Part shown: positions 32,360 through 43,324 of the stretch, piece by piece | Numbering within the stretch: the first letter of the stretch is position 1 | How the letters are laid out: each line of letters starts with the position of its first letter | NCBI GenBank assembly: GCA_019828565.1 | Contig: JAHDYR010000011.1 | Coordinates: 545,314 to 609,313 of the forward strand | DNA length: 64,000 bases | DNA from: Carpediemonas membranifera BICM | Lineage: Eukaryota; Protista; Fornicata | Direction of reading: 5' to 3' | The notes under the pieces: model-generated | What the model was told of the DNA's origin: nothing | Databases searched by the model: none | What the model saw: only the letters and a program-made list of their open reading frames with translations | Made by a program: the position numbers and the translations under genes

Positions 32360-35300
32360 CTAATCCTGCCGAGTGCCATTTGATTGGCGGGCCGACATTC
32401 TGAGCTTCAAATCATCAAACCGCTTCATGGCTTCCTCTAGGGGTGTATTCACCTGCAGGTACTGCTGAAGTATCGCATTGCCTCTCATATCCTCGTCTGT
32501 TGGGTTTCTCCACGTGTCGTCTGCTGGTTCGTATCCTAACCAGCGCACCTTCACCTCTGGCGTCTTCATCACGTCCTTCTTGATCCTGTGCGTGACGATC
32601 TCTTTGATATACGTGTGCATACGGTCCTTGGCGCATTCTGCCTTCGCTTTCTCCTCATCCCAGTCGCCTTCTGCGAGCTTCAGATGCTTCACGTGCTTCT
32701 TATACGTCTTGTTCGTCTCGGGGTCCCTTATCACGAACGAGCTGGCGTTTCCAGGTGCCTTCTTGACCACCTGAAGTGGGCCTCTCCATCGTAGCTGGTA
32801 CTTCCCTCTCTGTTCTGCATCCCTGTCGACCATGACCCACGCCTTGGCTGTGATACGGGTCGGTGTCCTCTTGTTGTGCTTGTCCTGTCTGGCCTTGGCC
32901 GCGTCGTACGTCTTCTTCGCCGCGTCCCTGCGCTGTTGAGCTCTCATCTTCTCGTTCCGGACCATCTTGTCAATGACGTCCGTAACGTCGGCTCTCTCCT
33001 GGTTCGACAGTGTCATCTTCCCTTCCCGCTCTGTGGACACCACTAGCTTCCAGGGTGACGTGCCTGTCGTGGCAGATCTAGCCTGGTTGATGATGTTCTG
33101 AACCGCTGGCAGTAGGCCCATCCATTGCTTCGTGCCGCGCTGATGCATCTCGTCCCTGAGGTGGCGGTTCACTTCGCGATTCCTGCGCTCAACGATCCCA
33201 TTCTCCTCGTGATGGTACGGGGTGGTCGTCTTCGCGCCCCCGCCTAGCTCTGCCGCGAACGACTTGAACTCCTTCGAGTCGAACTGCCGTCCGCTATCGG
33301 TCACCCACTCGACCGGGGGCGGGAAGTGTGTGAGGTATCTTTCCCTGATTGCTCTGATGGTGGCGGCGGAGGTCACCGTCTTCAGTGGGCACAGGGTGAC
33401 CCACCTCGTCGACTCCTCCACCAGCACCAGGATGTACCGGTAACCCTGGTCTGCCTCTGCCATGTTGATGGTGTCGGCGAACACGCGACTGAACGGCGAC
33501 GCTGGCATGCGCAGCTGCTCCTGATATTGCTCGCGTGACCGGTGTTCGGCGTTCTTCTGGCACACGGGGCACTCCTTAACCATCCTCTGGACGTCCGTGT
33601 CCGCAGTGTCCCAGCGCAATCCCTTATCCTCGAGCTTCCACAGCGTCTGGTCAACCCCGTGGTGACCGGTGCCAGGTCCGTGAACGGACTTGAAGCGTGG
33701 CAGCTTCTGGGACTCGGGTATGGCCGGGAACGTGCCCTCCTCTTCGGGCTCGGCGTCAAGGGTGTCGCCCTCGTCTGTCCCGGCTGCTTCCTCGGTGTCG
33801 CTTTCGTCTGCCTCGTCGCGCTCGCGGTCAGGCTGTCCTGCCGCCTCTTCGCGGAACCGAACTCTCGGCTCGTCGGCGGCGACTTCTTCCGACTCTTCCT
33901 CCGCTGCGTCGACTGCACACATCACGGACACGATCGCACCCTGCTGCTCTGGTGTCAGGCTCTCGGCTTCTGCGCGGGGCATTCTGGACAGGCCGTCCGC
34001 GACCGTATTAGACTTACCAGGCACGTGGGTGATGCTGAACTTGAGGTTGCCCAGCTCAAGTGCCCAGCGCTGCACCATGGGGTCGACGTTGCCCCACGTG
34101 TACACGAGGTTACGGTGGTCCGTGAACATCTCAAACTCCCTTGTGGCTAGGAACCGTCTCATCTTCCTCGTGGCCGCTATGATGGCGAATGCCTCCTTGC
34201 GGTAGGTGCTCCACTTGCGCTGGCTTGCTGTCAGGGCCTTGGAGAAGAACATCACAGGTCGCTTCGACCCGTCGTCCTCGACTCTGACCAGCACTGCGCC
34301 GACACCGGTGTCGGACGCGTCGGTGAACAGCTGTAGGCGGTCGTCAGGGCCCGGTGTGACCAACAGTGTGGGGGAGGTGACGATCTTCTTCAGTCTCTTG
34401 AACGCCTCTCTCTGGGGGTCGCCCCACACGAACGTCTGGCCCTTGATCTCCAGCTTGCGGATCGGCTCGGTGATGTCCGCGTAGCCGGGGATGAACTGGG
34501 AGAAGAAGTTGAAGATGCCCAATGTGGACCTGACGTCACTCACGTTTGTCGGGTCGGGCAGCTCCTGGACACCCTGGACGCGCCATGGGGGATGCGCTTT
34601 CCCTCCGCCGACACTATCCATCCGAGGTACTCCACCTCCGTCAACCCGAAAAAGCACTTGTTCTTGTTGAGCTTCAGCTTCTTCTCTCGCACCCGGTCCA
34701 TCACCCGCATCAGGTTCGCCTGGTACTCTTCCCAGGTCGACCCATAGACGATGATGTCGTCCACGTACACAAGACACGCCGTGCCCAGCATGTCCGCGAA
34801 AGCCTCCTCTAAGGCCTCTTGCATATGGCCAGCCGCGGTGGCAAGGCCGAACGGCATCGTAGTGTAGGTATAGTGCCCCTTGGAGTACGTGAACGCCAGG
34901 TACTCCTGTGTGTCGGGGTGCACCGGGACCTGATGGAAGGCCTTGCTGAGGTCAAGTGCTGCGAAGTACTTGTTGCCCCTCAGCCTCTCGATCAGCTCTT
35001 CCGTCGACGGCAAGTCGTGCTGAGTCATGGACGCCAGGAGCTCGTTCAGTGGCGAGTAGTCCATGCACGGCCGCCACGTCCCGGCCTTCTTCCGCACCAT
35101 GACCACTGAGCTGCTCCAGGGAGACTTGGTTGGGATGATGATCCCGCTTTCCTCCAGCTTCTGCATCTCTGACCGGAGTTCATCCTCCACCTGTCTTGGG
35201 AACCTTCGGGGCAGACGGAAGTAGGGTCGGGCGTCCTTCTTCAGCGTGACCTTGAACGGCTTAAGGTCTGCTGGTTCGCCTGCATCGCCGAAGCAGTCGC

Positions 35301-35694
35301 TGTATCTCTCGGCCCAGTCCTCTGTGAGCTTGGAGATGACCTGGATGGGGTCTGCTTCGGTGTCAAGGTTGCGGTTGATTAGGCCGAGGGAGTCAATCAC
35401 CTCCATGTTGATGAGGAACGACTCGGCCTTGTCCATCGCATACCAGGTCGGCGTCGCGGTGACCTCTCTGTCGAGGTGGAGGGTGATCGGCACATCTGAC
35501 AACACTCGGTAGACCCTCCTCATCGACTCGTCAGCCAAGCGGACTGTCTCGCCCCGCGTGGCGATCTTCAGTCCCTTCTCGACGGCCCAGTCCCTCGGCA
35601 CGACGCTGAACGAGGAGCAGGTGTCCATGCGGACGATCAACTCTTCGCCCAGCAGACTGGCCTTCTCCTGCCAGATAGTCTTGGACGCTAACAT
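32360..35694 (-). CDS. pol: Pol polyprotein (protease, RT, RNase H, integrase, chromodomain) with one frameshift near 34585
   Basis: MDTCSS (PR), LDLSKAFHQ, MPFGL, YVDD (RT), FTDAS, TDH (RH), HHCC, TDSGRQF, NGIVER (IN), VRWLGYEPADDTW (chromo). Confidence 0.92.
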
Positions 35695-35710
35695 AAAACA
35701 GAAAGGATAC

Positions 35711-36781
35711 TCAGATGGCTTTTACAACTGTGCACTGGTGCGACTTGTGGCCGAACTCGCCGCACCTGAAGCACTTCGGCTCCTCGTGTGGGCAGTCGGC
35801 CGAGTCGTGACCCTTTTCGCCGCAGTTGAAGCAGCCGCGGCCCCCTTGCCGCCGCTCAGGCTTGGCCCCCTCGGCCGCGCCGTCATTGCGTCTGCGCTCT
35901 CCCGTCCTCGCTGGCATCTTCCGCTCCTCTCTCGGCTTGCTCTGCAGTGACTCGAGCTGCTTCTGTAGGGCCGCGAGCCGGCTGCTCGGCACCAGGTCAA
36001 ACTCTCGCATGGCATCTGTTCGGGCCCGTAGGTACTTTGCTATGACCTTCAACGACTTCGCGACTGTTGACTTGGAAAGAACAACAGAGCGAAGAGACGA
36101 TGCGATCGTCTCGTCATCGAGGCTCGCCAGAACGATCTCCTGGAGCTCTCTAGCATCCAGGGATCCGACCTTCTCGAACAGATCTACCATATCCGTGAAC
36201 ACATGGCGGTAACGGGTGAAAGAGGTCTCACGGAGCTTGCGAAGCTCGCGGTACGCGCGCTGAAGACTGATATTGGTTAGTGTGGCCTCAGCCATCACCA
36301 CCCAGCGCTCATCGCGCTTCCTCCTCGTTGTCTTCGCCTCCTTCTTCTCTTGGTCTTGAGCCATGATGTACCGGAGCAAAGCGTCGTCCCGGGCGGTCGT
36401 CTTGCCGCTTGTCTTCTTCTTCCGGGCCGGGTTAGCGATGAGTGTGCTCCGGGCGTCATCCTCGGAGTCGCTCTGGGCGTGCGCGTCTTCGCCGCCCCTG
36501 CTGCTGTCGCTACCCTCGTTGGCGCTGAACATCTCCTCGTCGTCTTCACTCGAGCTGTCAGAGCTGTCATCGGAGCTTTCGTCGTCCTCCAGAGCTTGGT
36601 ATGCGTCCTTGATACTTGTTCTCACTTTCGCGTCGATGCACTCGAAGAGGGTCTTCGGCTTGACCTCATCTTCAGCATAGAGTGCGTAGCTCATGCGGAA
36701 CCTCACCCAGTCGGCTGCAGTGTGCCGGAGATACTTCGGGTAAGTCCCTTTTGGGTCGTCGTCATCGTCATCCTTCTTCAT
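35711..36781 (-). CDS. gag: Gag protein with two CCHC zinc knuckles
   Basis: CFNCGEKGHDSADC and CFRCGEFGHKSHQC. Confidence 0.92.
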   Translation of the reverse strand: MKKDDDDDDPKGTYPKYLRHTAADWVRFRMSYALYAEDEVKPKTLFECIDAKVRTSIKDAYQALEDDESSDDSSDSSSEDDEEMFSANEGSDSSRGGEDAHAQSDSEDDARSTLIANPARKKKTSGKTTARDDALLRYIMAQDQEKKEAKTTRRKRDERWVVMAEATLTNISLQRAYRELRKLRETSFTRYRHVFTDMVDLFEKVGSLDARELQEIVLASLDDETIASSLRSVVLSKSTVAKSLKVIAKYLRARTDAMREFDLVPSSRLAALQKQLESLQSKPREERKMPARTGERRRNDGAAEGAKPERRQGGRGCFNCGEKGHDSADCPHEEPKCFRCGEFGHKSHQCTVVKAI

Positions 36782-36794
36782 GCGTAGTAATTAC

Positions 36795-36886
36795 TGTGCT
36801 ATTGAAGGGTCAAACAATGTGTTTACTGAGGAGGTTTAGACCCGTGGTGGTGTAAATGGTCCAAACTAGGGGATTTGAATGCATCA
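36795..36886 (-). repeat. 5' LTR (92 bp)
   Basis: Direct repeat of 32242-32333. Confidence 0.95.
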
Positions 36887-36899
36887 GCGTAAACGAGTT

Positions 36900-36907
36900 T
36901 AAACTGC
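36900..36907 (+). promoter_or_regulatory. Recurrent TAA(A/G)CTGC motif upstream of ATGs (representative copy; also 9335, 12194, 19180, 41624, 49818, 50767)
   Basis: Found about 20-40 nt upstream of the ATG of at least five unrelated genes. Confidence 0.55.
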
Positions 36908-36935
36908 GGAAAAGCAAGCGCGAGCTGAAATACTG

Positions 36936-37916
36936 ATGGCTGAAGATGCGGATCAGCTGAGGCTTGTTGTACACAATCCTGACATCCCCGATTCATTCAT
37001 ATGCCGCTGTTACAGCGATGGAGCTGTGTTCCTCCAGCCAATCGCGAATCCGAATGAAGTTGCCGACGCTGACTGCTTCCGGTTTGCATGCGAGTCCCCC
37101 GGTGTATCTGGTGAATGGATACAGGATGTTCGGGGCAATGCATTCCTTGTTCTCGGCACTGAACGCGGAGAAGCGCTCCTCTTCGACTTCTCGACGGAGA
37201 CTACCAACGTAATCACACTTCCCAACACGTCTCGGTCGACCTCACCCATCCTCTGCTTCACCTTCGTCAGCTTGGAGACCCCCTCTGATCATACGATCCT
37301 CATTGCCGGGCGGCACGACGGCACGCTCTCAGCATGGGCCATGCACCCTGGAGTGCAGCCCACACCCGTCAAGCTCAACGGATATGCCGCCAGTGACGCT
37401 ATTCTCGCCCTTCGCGCGATCCCCGCGATCAGTGGTATCCTCCTCCAGGTGGTGACCACGTGCGGCCACATCGTCCTGCTGTCCGGCACGAGCTCGGCTG
37501 TGGGCTGGTCGTTTGAAGATCTCTACTGCCTCACCGAGTCTGCTACATACATCAGCGCCAAGTTCGAGAGGAACATGGCCGTCTGCTGCGGTGTGGGTCT
37601 CATCGACGTCTTCACATTCCAGGAGCCACCGGGCCTTTCTGTCGTCAAGAAGGCGCAGTTCCTGAGGTCGGACCGCGTGTTCAGCGACGCTAGTGTTGTC
37701 CCCAAGAAGAAAAACCCCTTCCTCGCGGCGATCGACTCGTTCGGCGGCATTTATCTCAAGGTGCTCAACCTGGCCGCGCCCAACGTCATCATGCCGCTGA
37801 GTGACGACGACCTGGCCGAACAGAAGCTCCCGACCCGCGGGGTGTCGCTGATTGTCGAGGGCGACAGCATAACCGTGTACGATTGCCAGAACTGGATGAT
37901 CGCCCTGTCAGTGTAG
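36936..37916 (+). CDS. WD40/beta-propeller-like hypothetical protein
   Basis: LVLGTERGEALLFD, LIAGRHDGTLSAW. Confidence 0.65.
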   Translation: MAEDADQLRLVVHNPDIPDSFICRCYSDGAVFLQPIANPNEVADADCFRFACESPGVSGEWIQDVRGNAFLVLGTERGEALLFDFSTETTNVITLPNTSRSTSPILCFTFVSLETPSDHTILIAGRHDGTLSAWAMHPGVQPTPVKLNGYAASDAILALRAIPAISGILLQVVTTCGHIVLLSGTSSAVGWSFEDLYCLTESATYISAKFERNMAVCCGVGLIDVFTFQEPPGLSVVKKAQFLRSDRVFSDASVVPKKKNPFLAAIDSFGGIYLKVLNLAAPNVIMPLSDDDLAEQKLPTRGVSLIVEGDSITVYDCQNWMIALSV

Positions 37917-38010
37917 AGGGATAGTGTAAAAGTAAGCTTACAGCTGAGCAAGGCAGGGTCGCCGCCACGACCAGAGACCTTATCCTGCGATTTTTGGCGA
38001 TGAAATTTGC

Positions 38011-39072
38011 ATGGCCCAAAACGCTGAATCACTGGTGCAATGTCTCGAAATTGCAGAACAAATGTTACAAATAGTTGATCCTGATATCTTAGCGAAGTAT
38101 GAGCGTGTGAAAACTGCCATCACCCGTGAATCGAGGCACAAGAAGAAGCACTCAGCCGGAAAGGACTTCTCATGCCAAGTGATGACAGTAGACGATAGCT
38201 GGGACTTCTTAGAAGGCGTCATTCCAATATCTGTTGCGTCATCCAAGACCTCATCATCATTGAAGCACTACATCGTTGACAAAATGGCAGAGCTCAAGAC
38301 CAAGGACGCCGAGCTAAGTCAGTACAAGCGCCACGCAATACGATACGAGCGTGAGATCGAGCAGCTCCGTATTGAAGCTGGGAACACGCAACAGCAGCTG
38401 GCCGACGCTAATGCCCGGGTCGCTTCGATGGAGAGGCAGGCCGCAGAGATGGAGGCCGACAAGCGCACGCTCAAGGACATTCGCATGTCTGAGCAGAATA
38501 AGGCGCTTGAACTGGAGGAGGCGCTGCGTGCGGTGCACGTGCTGCTTCGGGAGAAGGAGGCTGCAATCAATCAAGCCCGCAAGGCCGAGACAGACGCACG
38601 CGAGGCAATCAGCTCGCTTCAAGAGAGAATAGCCCTCCTCAAGGGCGACCAGGCCGCGGCCGTGGAGCGTGCCCGAGTTACTGGAGCCAAGGACGCCCGT
38701 ACAGAGGCAGACAGGGAGGCTGCGCGTCTCAAGGAAGAGCTCAAGGCCGTTCAAGATGAGCTCAGCGTGCAGGAGGAGAGACACCAGGCAGAGCTAGCGA
38801 AGAGCAGGGAAGCCATTGAAGACACCCGTGAGCGGTGCGACAGGAAGATAGCCGGGCTCCAGGACCGTCTGGCCCTGCAGCAACTGCGAATAGGCAGACT
38901 GAGAGCGGCCCTTGGTGTGGAGGAGGAGCCGACTCCCGAGCCTATGGACCCGAGACTGGCGCTTGGCGGGGAGAGTCCCGACCCGAGCCCGGCCACGCCC
39001 CCGAGGCCTGTGCTGGATGTTATATCCAGTGAGAAGCGGCGAAAGAAAGGGAAGAAGAAGGTTGTTCGCTGA
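38011..39072 (+). CDS. Coiled-coil hypothetical protein with basic C-terminus
   Basis: 353-aa ORF, heptad repeats, KRRKKGKKK. Confidence 0.75.
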   Translation: MAQNAESLVQCLEIAEQMLQIVDPDILAKYERVKTAITRESRHKKKHSAGKDFSCQVMTVDDSWDFLEGVIPISVASSKTSSSLKHYIVDKMAELKTKDAELSQYKRHAIRYEREIEQLRIEAGNTQQQLADANARVASMERQAAEMEADKRTLKDIRMSEQNKALELEEALRAVHVLLREKEAAINQARKAETDAREAISSLQERIALLKGDQAAAVERARVTGAKDARTEADREAARLKEELKAVQDELSVQEERHQAELAKSREAIEDTRERCDRKIAGLQDRLALQQLRIGRLRAALGVEEEPTPEPMDPRLALGGESPDPSPATPPRPVLDVISSEKRRKKGKKKVVR

Positions 39073-39315
39073 GGCACGGGCGGTTGGGACCCGACTCAGG
39101 CAAGACTTCACGCGTGCACGCGACATTGAAGAGCAGCAGACAAGATCATTTAGTAAATAAAGCTAAATAGCTCCGTACCTTCGTCCCCGAGCCTCTCGCG
39201 ATGCCCAAGTCAGGGATTGGCTCATTTGGCTGGAGCCACCTGGGCGGGCAGTTAAAGTACTAGTCGTATTTTTTCAAATTTTGAGAAGAGGTTTCATTTT
39301 AGAGCGGACATAAGT

Positions 39316-39694
39316 ATGATGCTTGCTGATGGTATTGTACCCACTCGGATTGCTGGGCGAGATATAGTCAAAAACGAAGCGACGACACCATGTGTCGAAT
39401 TTGACTTGGCGGTGAGTCACGAGGAGACCTTTGTGTTCGTTATGTTCCCTATCGAGCGTGTTGCCCCCGTCTACGAGTTCAAGGTTCGTTCATGCTGTTC
39501 TTAATGCACGTTTTGAGGTGCAGGAATCTGTGCGTGCTCTTCAGATTCCACAGAATGGCCATCTTTTCATTATCCAGGCTGTTGAGAAGCAGAACGGCTC
39601 CGTTTTCCACGCCCGCCGCCAGCAGGTTGCCTACAACATGCTCCACGGCAAGTGGCAGCGCATCCGCGAGCAGAAGGCCGCTGAGGAGAACTAA
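39316..39694 (+). CDS. Small hypothetical protein; probable intron at 39484-39523
   Basis: Two overlapping ORFs joined in frame by a 40-nt GTTCGT...CAG segment; biased codons in the 3' part. Confidence 0.45.
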
Positions 39695-40509
39695 GCTCCA
39701 CGTGTAAACAGTTTTGACGGCAAGCCAGACGTTGTCGCCGAGCAATCTTGTGTCCTCCTGTGTCTTGGGCACTGACCAATCACCGAGACCAAGTCAAGTT
39801 GTTGGGCTTTGGTACTTGGAGGTTTGAGTCATGATCACGATAAGCTAAGTCAAAGCCAAGGCATATAGGGCCAACCTACACTCAGTACAGCCGATGCACG
39901 ACACTATCCAGGGCCTCTTGTAGTTTCGGCCATTTTTGCACCAGGCAGGTTTGCTTCAGGTAGCAAGAAGGTCTATGATGAGATATTGCCGCCCCAGACT
40001 GAGAGTAATGTGCTGATTCGGTTTTAACTGAGGCCTCTATTCGATAACAACATCAATTCCTGTCGTTTGACATCTTTCCGGCGCTCCTCCCAGTGTGCTC
40101 AGTCTTTTGCCAAAACGAGCGATTTCAACAAACGTACAGCCATCAGCCCATTGGATAGGTTCTGTAGTCTTACATAGCAGCACTCGCCTTGCTCACTGCC
40201 GCATTCGACATTCTCATCGCGTCTGAGGACGTTAGCATCCTCACGATTGCAATAAAGCAGCATCAAGAGCGACACAGGTTGTTTACTGGAGCGGTTGGCT
40301 CCCATCTCCGAGTGCAGAGCAGGCGGTCTTCCAATCAAGCGGCAGATGATCCAGCTCAGCACGAGGTCACCCAGGTGGCTCCTCCTCGGTGAGCAAATCC
40401 CGGCTCTCGAACGTGTGAGGCATGACATATCCCTTGTTGGACGACTGCATGTCACGCTTCATGTGGCAGACAGCCGAGATGGCCACTTGCAGTTTTAGCA
40501 CAAACGAGA

Positions 40510-41529
40510 ATGCTTATCCTCGGAATTGAAGGATCAGCGAATAAGCTGGCTGCAGCTGTTCTGCAAGACGAAAACATTCTATCAAATGAGCGCAATACAT
40601 TCATTACTCCGCCCGGACAAGGCTTTCTTCCCAAGGAAACAGCCGAGCACCACAGAAAGTACGTACTCGACATCATTAACGACGCTCTGAACATCGCTAA
40701 TGTTACTATGAAGGACATTGACCTTATTGCCTTCACCAAAGGCCCGGGAATGGGCGGACCTCTCCTCTCGTGCGCGTTTGTCGCCCGAATGCTCTCCCAG
40801 ATGTGGCAGAAGCCTCTCATCGGCGTCAACCACTGTATCGCGCACATAGAGATGGGCCGGCTAGCCACTGGGTTCGCCGACCCCGCCGTTCTTTACGTCA
40901 GCGGCGGCAACACACAGGTTGTCTCCTTCTCGAGGGGACGCTATCAGGTCTTCGGCGAAACAATCGATATCGCAGTCGGAAACCTCTTAGACCGGTTTGC
41001 GCGCCTTGTGAACATCCCGAATGACCCGTCTCCCGGCTACAACATCGAGCAGCTGGCTCTCAAGGGGAGGAAGTACATCCCCCTCCCCTACTCTGTGAAA
41101 GGCATGGACGTATCATTCAGCGGTATTCTCAACACCGTCCAGGAGATTGTCTCGGGTGTGCAGAGACCCGGTCGACCCGACGACTCATGGACAGTCGAGG
41201 ACCTCTGCTACTCAGTGCAGGAGACGGCCTTCTCCATGCTCGTCGAGGTTACTGAACGCGCTATGGCCCACTGCCACCAGAATTCCGTCCTTGTTGTTGG
41301 CGGTGTGGGGTGCAACGTCAGGCTGCAGGAGATGCTCGGCCGCATGGCTGCTGAGCGGGGCGGGTCTCTTGGGGCCATGGACCAGCGCTATTGCATCGAT
41401 AACGGGGCGATGATAGGGTACCTCGGCAAGGTCATGGCCGAGGCGGGCATCAGACACACGTTGGATGACACTACCGTCACCCAGAGGTTTAGAACAGACT
41501 CTGTCGATGCCGTATGGCGTGAAGGCTGA
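40510..41529 (+). CDS. OSGEP: tRNA N6-adenosine threonylcarbamoyltransferase Kae1/OSGEP
   Basis: [52 protein letters not shown]. Confidence 0.97.
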   Translation: MLILGIEGSANKLAAAVLQDENILSNERNTFITPPGQGFLPKETAEHHRKYVLDIINDALNIANVTMKDIDLIAFTKGPGMGGPLLSCAFVARMLSQMWQKPLIGVNHCIAHIEMGRLATGFADPAVLYVSGGNTQVVSFSRGRYQVFGETIDIAVGNLLDRFARLVNIPNDPSPGYNIEQLALKGRKYIPLPYSVKGMDVSFSGILNTVQEIVSGVQRPGRPDDSWTVEDLCYSVQETAFSMLVEVTERAMAHCHQNSVLVVGGVGCNVRLQEMLGRMAAERGGSLGAMDQRYCIDNGAMIGYLGKVMAEAGIRHTLDDTTVTQRFRTDSVDAVWREG

Positions 41530-41648
41530 GAGATTATCTCGGTTATGTTCGGTAGTGCTTCTCAGTTGATGGAAACATGTATACCGCTGCATCTTGTGCA
41601 TTTACATACGCTTACGTAATTCATAAACTGCACATTGAATAGAACAGA

Positions 41649-43324
41649 TCATCAAGCGTTGTCCTGGGCGCGAAAAAAATACGCCGCAGTTCGGCAGGCT
41701 GTCACCTCAATAGCCGAGATGCCACTGTGGCATGACGAGTTCATCATCCGCCTCTGCACCGCCTTCGGGGCAGCTCGTCTACAGTGCCCTGGCGAGTTCG
41801 ACGTGTGGCTGGGCGAATATGCCACGAGCACCAAGCTGTGGCTCGTCAATGCCCTTGAAGGTTACTGCTGGCGCCTGGCGAAGATCATCACTCGGGTCGA
41901 CACTGCCCTGACTCAGCGTGATCCAGACGTGCCCCGGGACGACATCACCCGGTTGCGCACCGAACAACGCGCTGTCAAGGCGATCGTTGATGAGCACCTT
42001 GCAAAGATCTCAACTCCGGGACGAGTCGACGAGGGCGTTCTACTCACGCTGCCCTGTGTCTGGCGGATCTCCGCGGCTCTGGGAGAGCTCACGGATATGG
42101 TTGCGGCATTCAACACCGCCCATCCACCTCTTCCGGGTGACAAGCCGCTGGCTGGCCCCAAGCTTGTTCCGCTTGTCCCGATGGCTCCGGTCCGCCCCGG
42201 GTTCATGCACGTTCCCTGTTCTCTCAACGTGCTGAACCCGGCTTGGCTTGCCCAACTTGGGGTCGACCCGGAGCATCACGCCACTGAGCGCATGACGCGA
42301 GAGCAGCTGGAGGCTCTTCCTCCGAAGATCCGTCGGGTGCTGTCTGTCAAGACAGATGGGGTCGCCGTGGACCTCACGGTCCAAGTTGGTGCTCTGCCAT
42401 ACGTCAACAGACGTGCCAGTGGCAACCCGACGATGAAGCGAAAGGCTCGGGAGCGTCTGGGTGTGGATGACGCAGATGCTCGCCCCACGCCAGACCCCGA
42501 TGCCCACCTCATGGGTTTCGACCCGGGTGCTCGGGCTCTGGGTGGATTCTTCATCCGCCACCCAGATGGCACTACCAGCTCCGGTGTGGTCCCGAAGTGT
42601 GGGTACACCAAGACCCCCAGCTTCGCGTTCGATATGACTCCTGCGTCATGCAAAAGTACAAATCTAGATAGTCTACAAAACTCGATTAAGTTTGTGCTCC
42701 TCCACGAGCAGGAAATATTCGACGCTGGGATGGTCAAGAGCTTCCGCAGAGTGCGCCTGACGAACCACATCTTGCGTCAAAAGTACTTCCACAGAGCTGG
42801 GGAGCAGCTTGCTCGCACCCTAGGATGGACTCCTCGGCGACTCCCTCGCGGTATTGCCCCTCCCCGGGCAGCCCCCACCAGGCTGGTTGTCTTCTACGGA
42901 AGCGCTAGATTCAAGACGCCCCGTCGGGTGCATCCATGCGCGCCGTATGGTCGCTTTGCAAAATCACTACCACACATCATGAGACTTTCAACAACACTGC
43001 TGAAGTGCGGATGACTAACGAGTTCCGAACCTCACTCGTCTGCCCCTTCTGCCGCGCGAGGTTCCGTAGAACTCGCTACACGAGGCGCACGATGCGAATT
43101 GTCAAGGTGCACCATGGTACAGACAGCAACGCCTCAATTCCGATCCTACTACCACCACTTGGCTCAATCTGTCCCACAGAGACAAGACTGCTGCACAGAA
43201 CATCTTGGATTGCGGCCTCATGACGGATGCACAGTATCAAGCCAGTGCTTTCAGAAATCCAAGACCTCCAGCCCGTCTTCCCAACTATAACCCAATACAC
43301 CAATTACGGCTAACCAGCCGCTAG
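41649..43324 (+). pseudogene. Fanzor1/TnpB-like RuvC nuclease copy 2 (longest; two frameshifts)
   Basis: SVKTDGVAV, MGFDPGARALGG, VVFYGSARF; next frame MTNEFRTSLVCPFC; third frame LSHRDKTAAQNILDCG. Confidence 0.88.

Larger units (their letters stand above)
32242..36886 (-). mobile_element. Full-length Ty3/gypsy chromovirus-type LTR retrotransposon
   Basis: Apparently identical 92-bp LTRs, TG...CA ends, TSD GCGTA (32237-32241 and 36887-36891), PPT, gag then PR-RT-RH-IN-chromodomain. Confidence 0.97.

Noticed and set aside
35688-35710. GTATCCTTT...TTAG right after the gag stop looks like a U12-type or short intron joining gag to pol
   Set aside because: It starts after the TGA so would not remove the stop, lacks the host TNACNYAG end, and nearby upstream GT donors are in the wrong phase for this acceptor
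39780-40480. Possible minus-strand gene divergent from Kae1
   Set aside because: All frames are interrupted by stops, with no consensus introns or motifs to support a model
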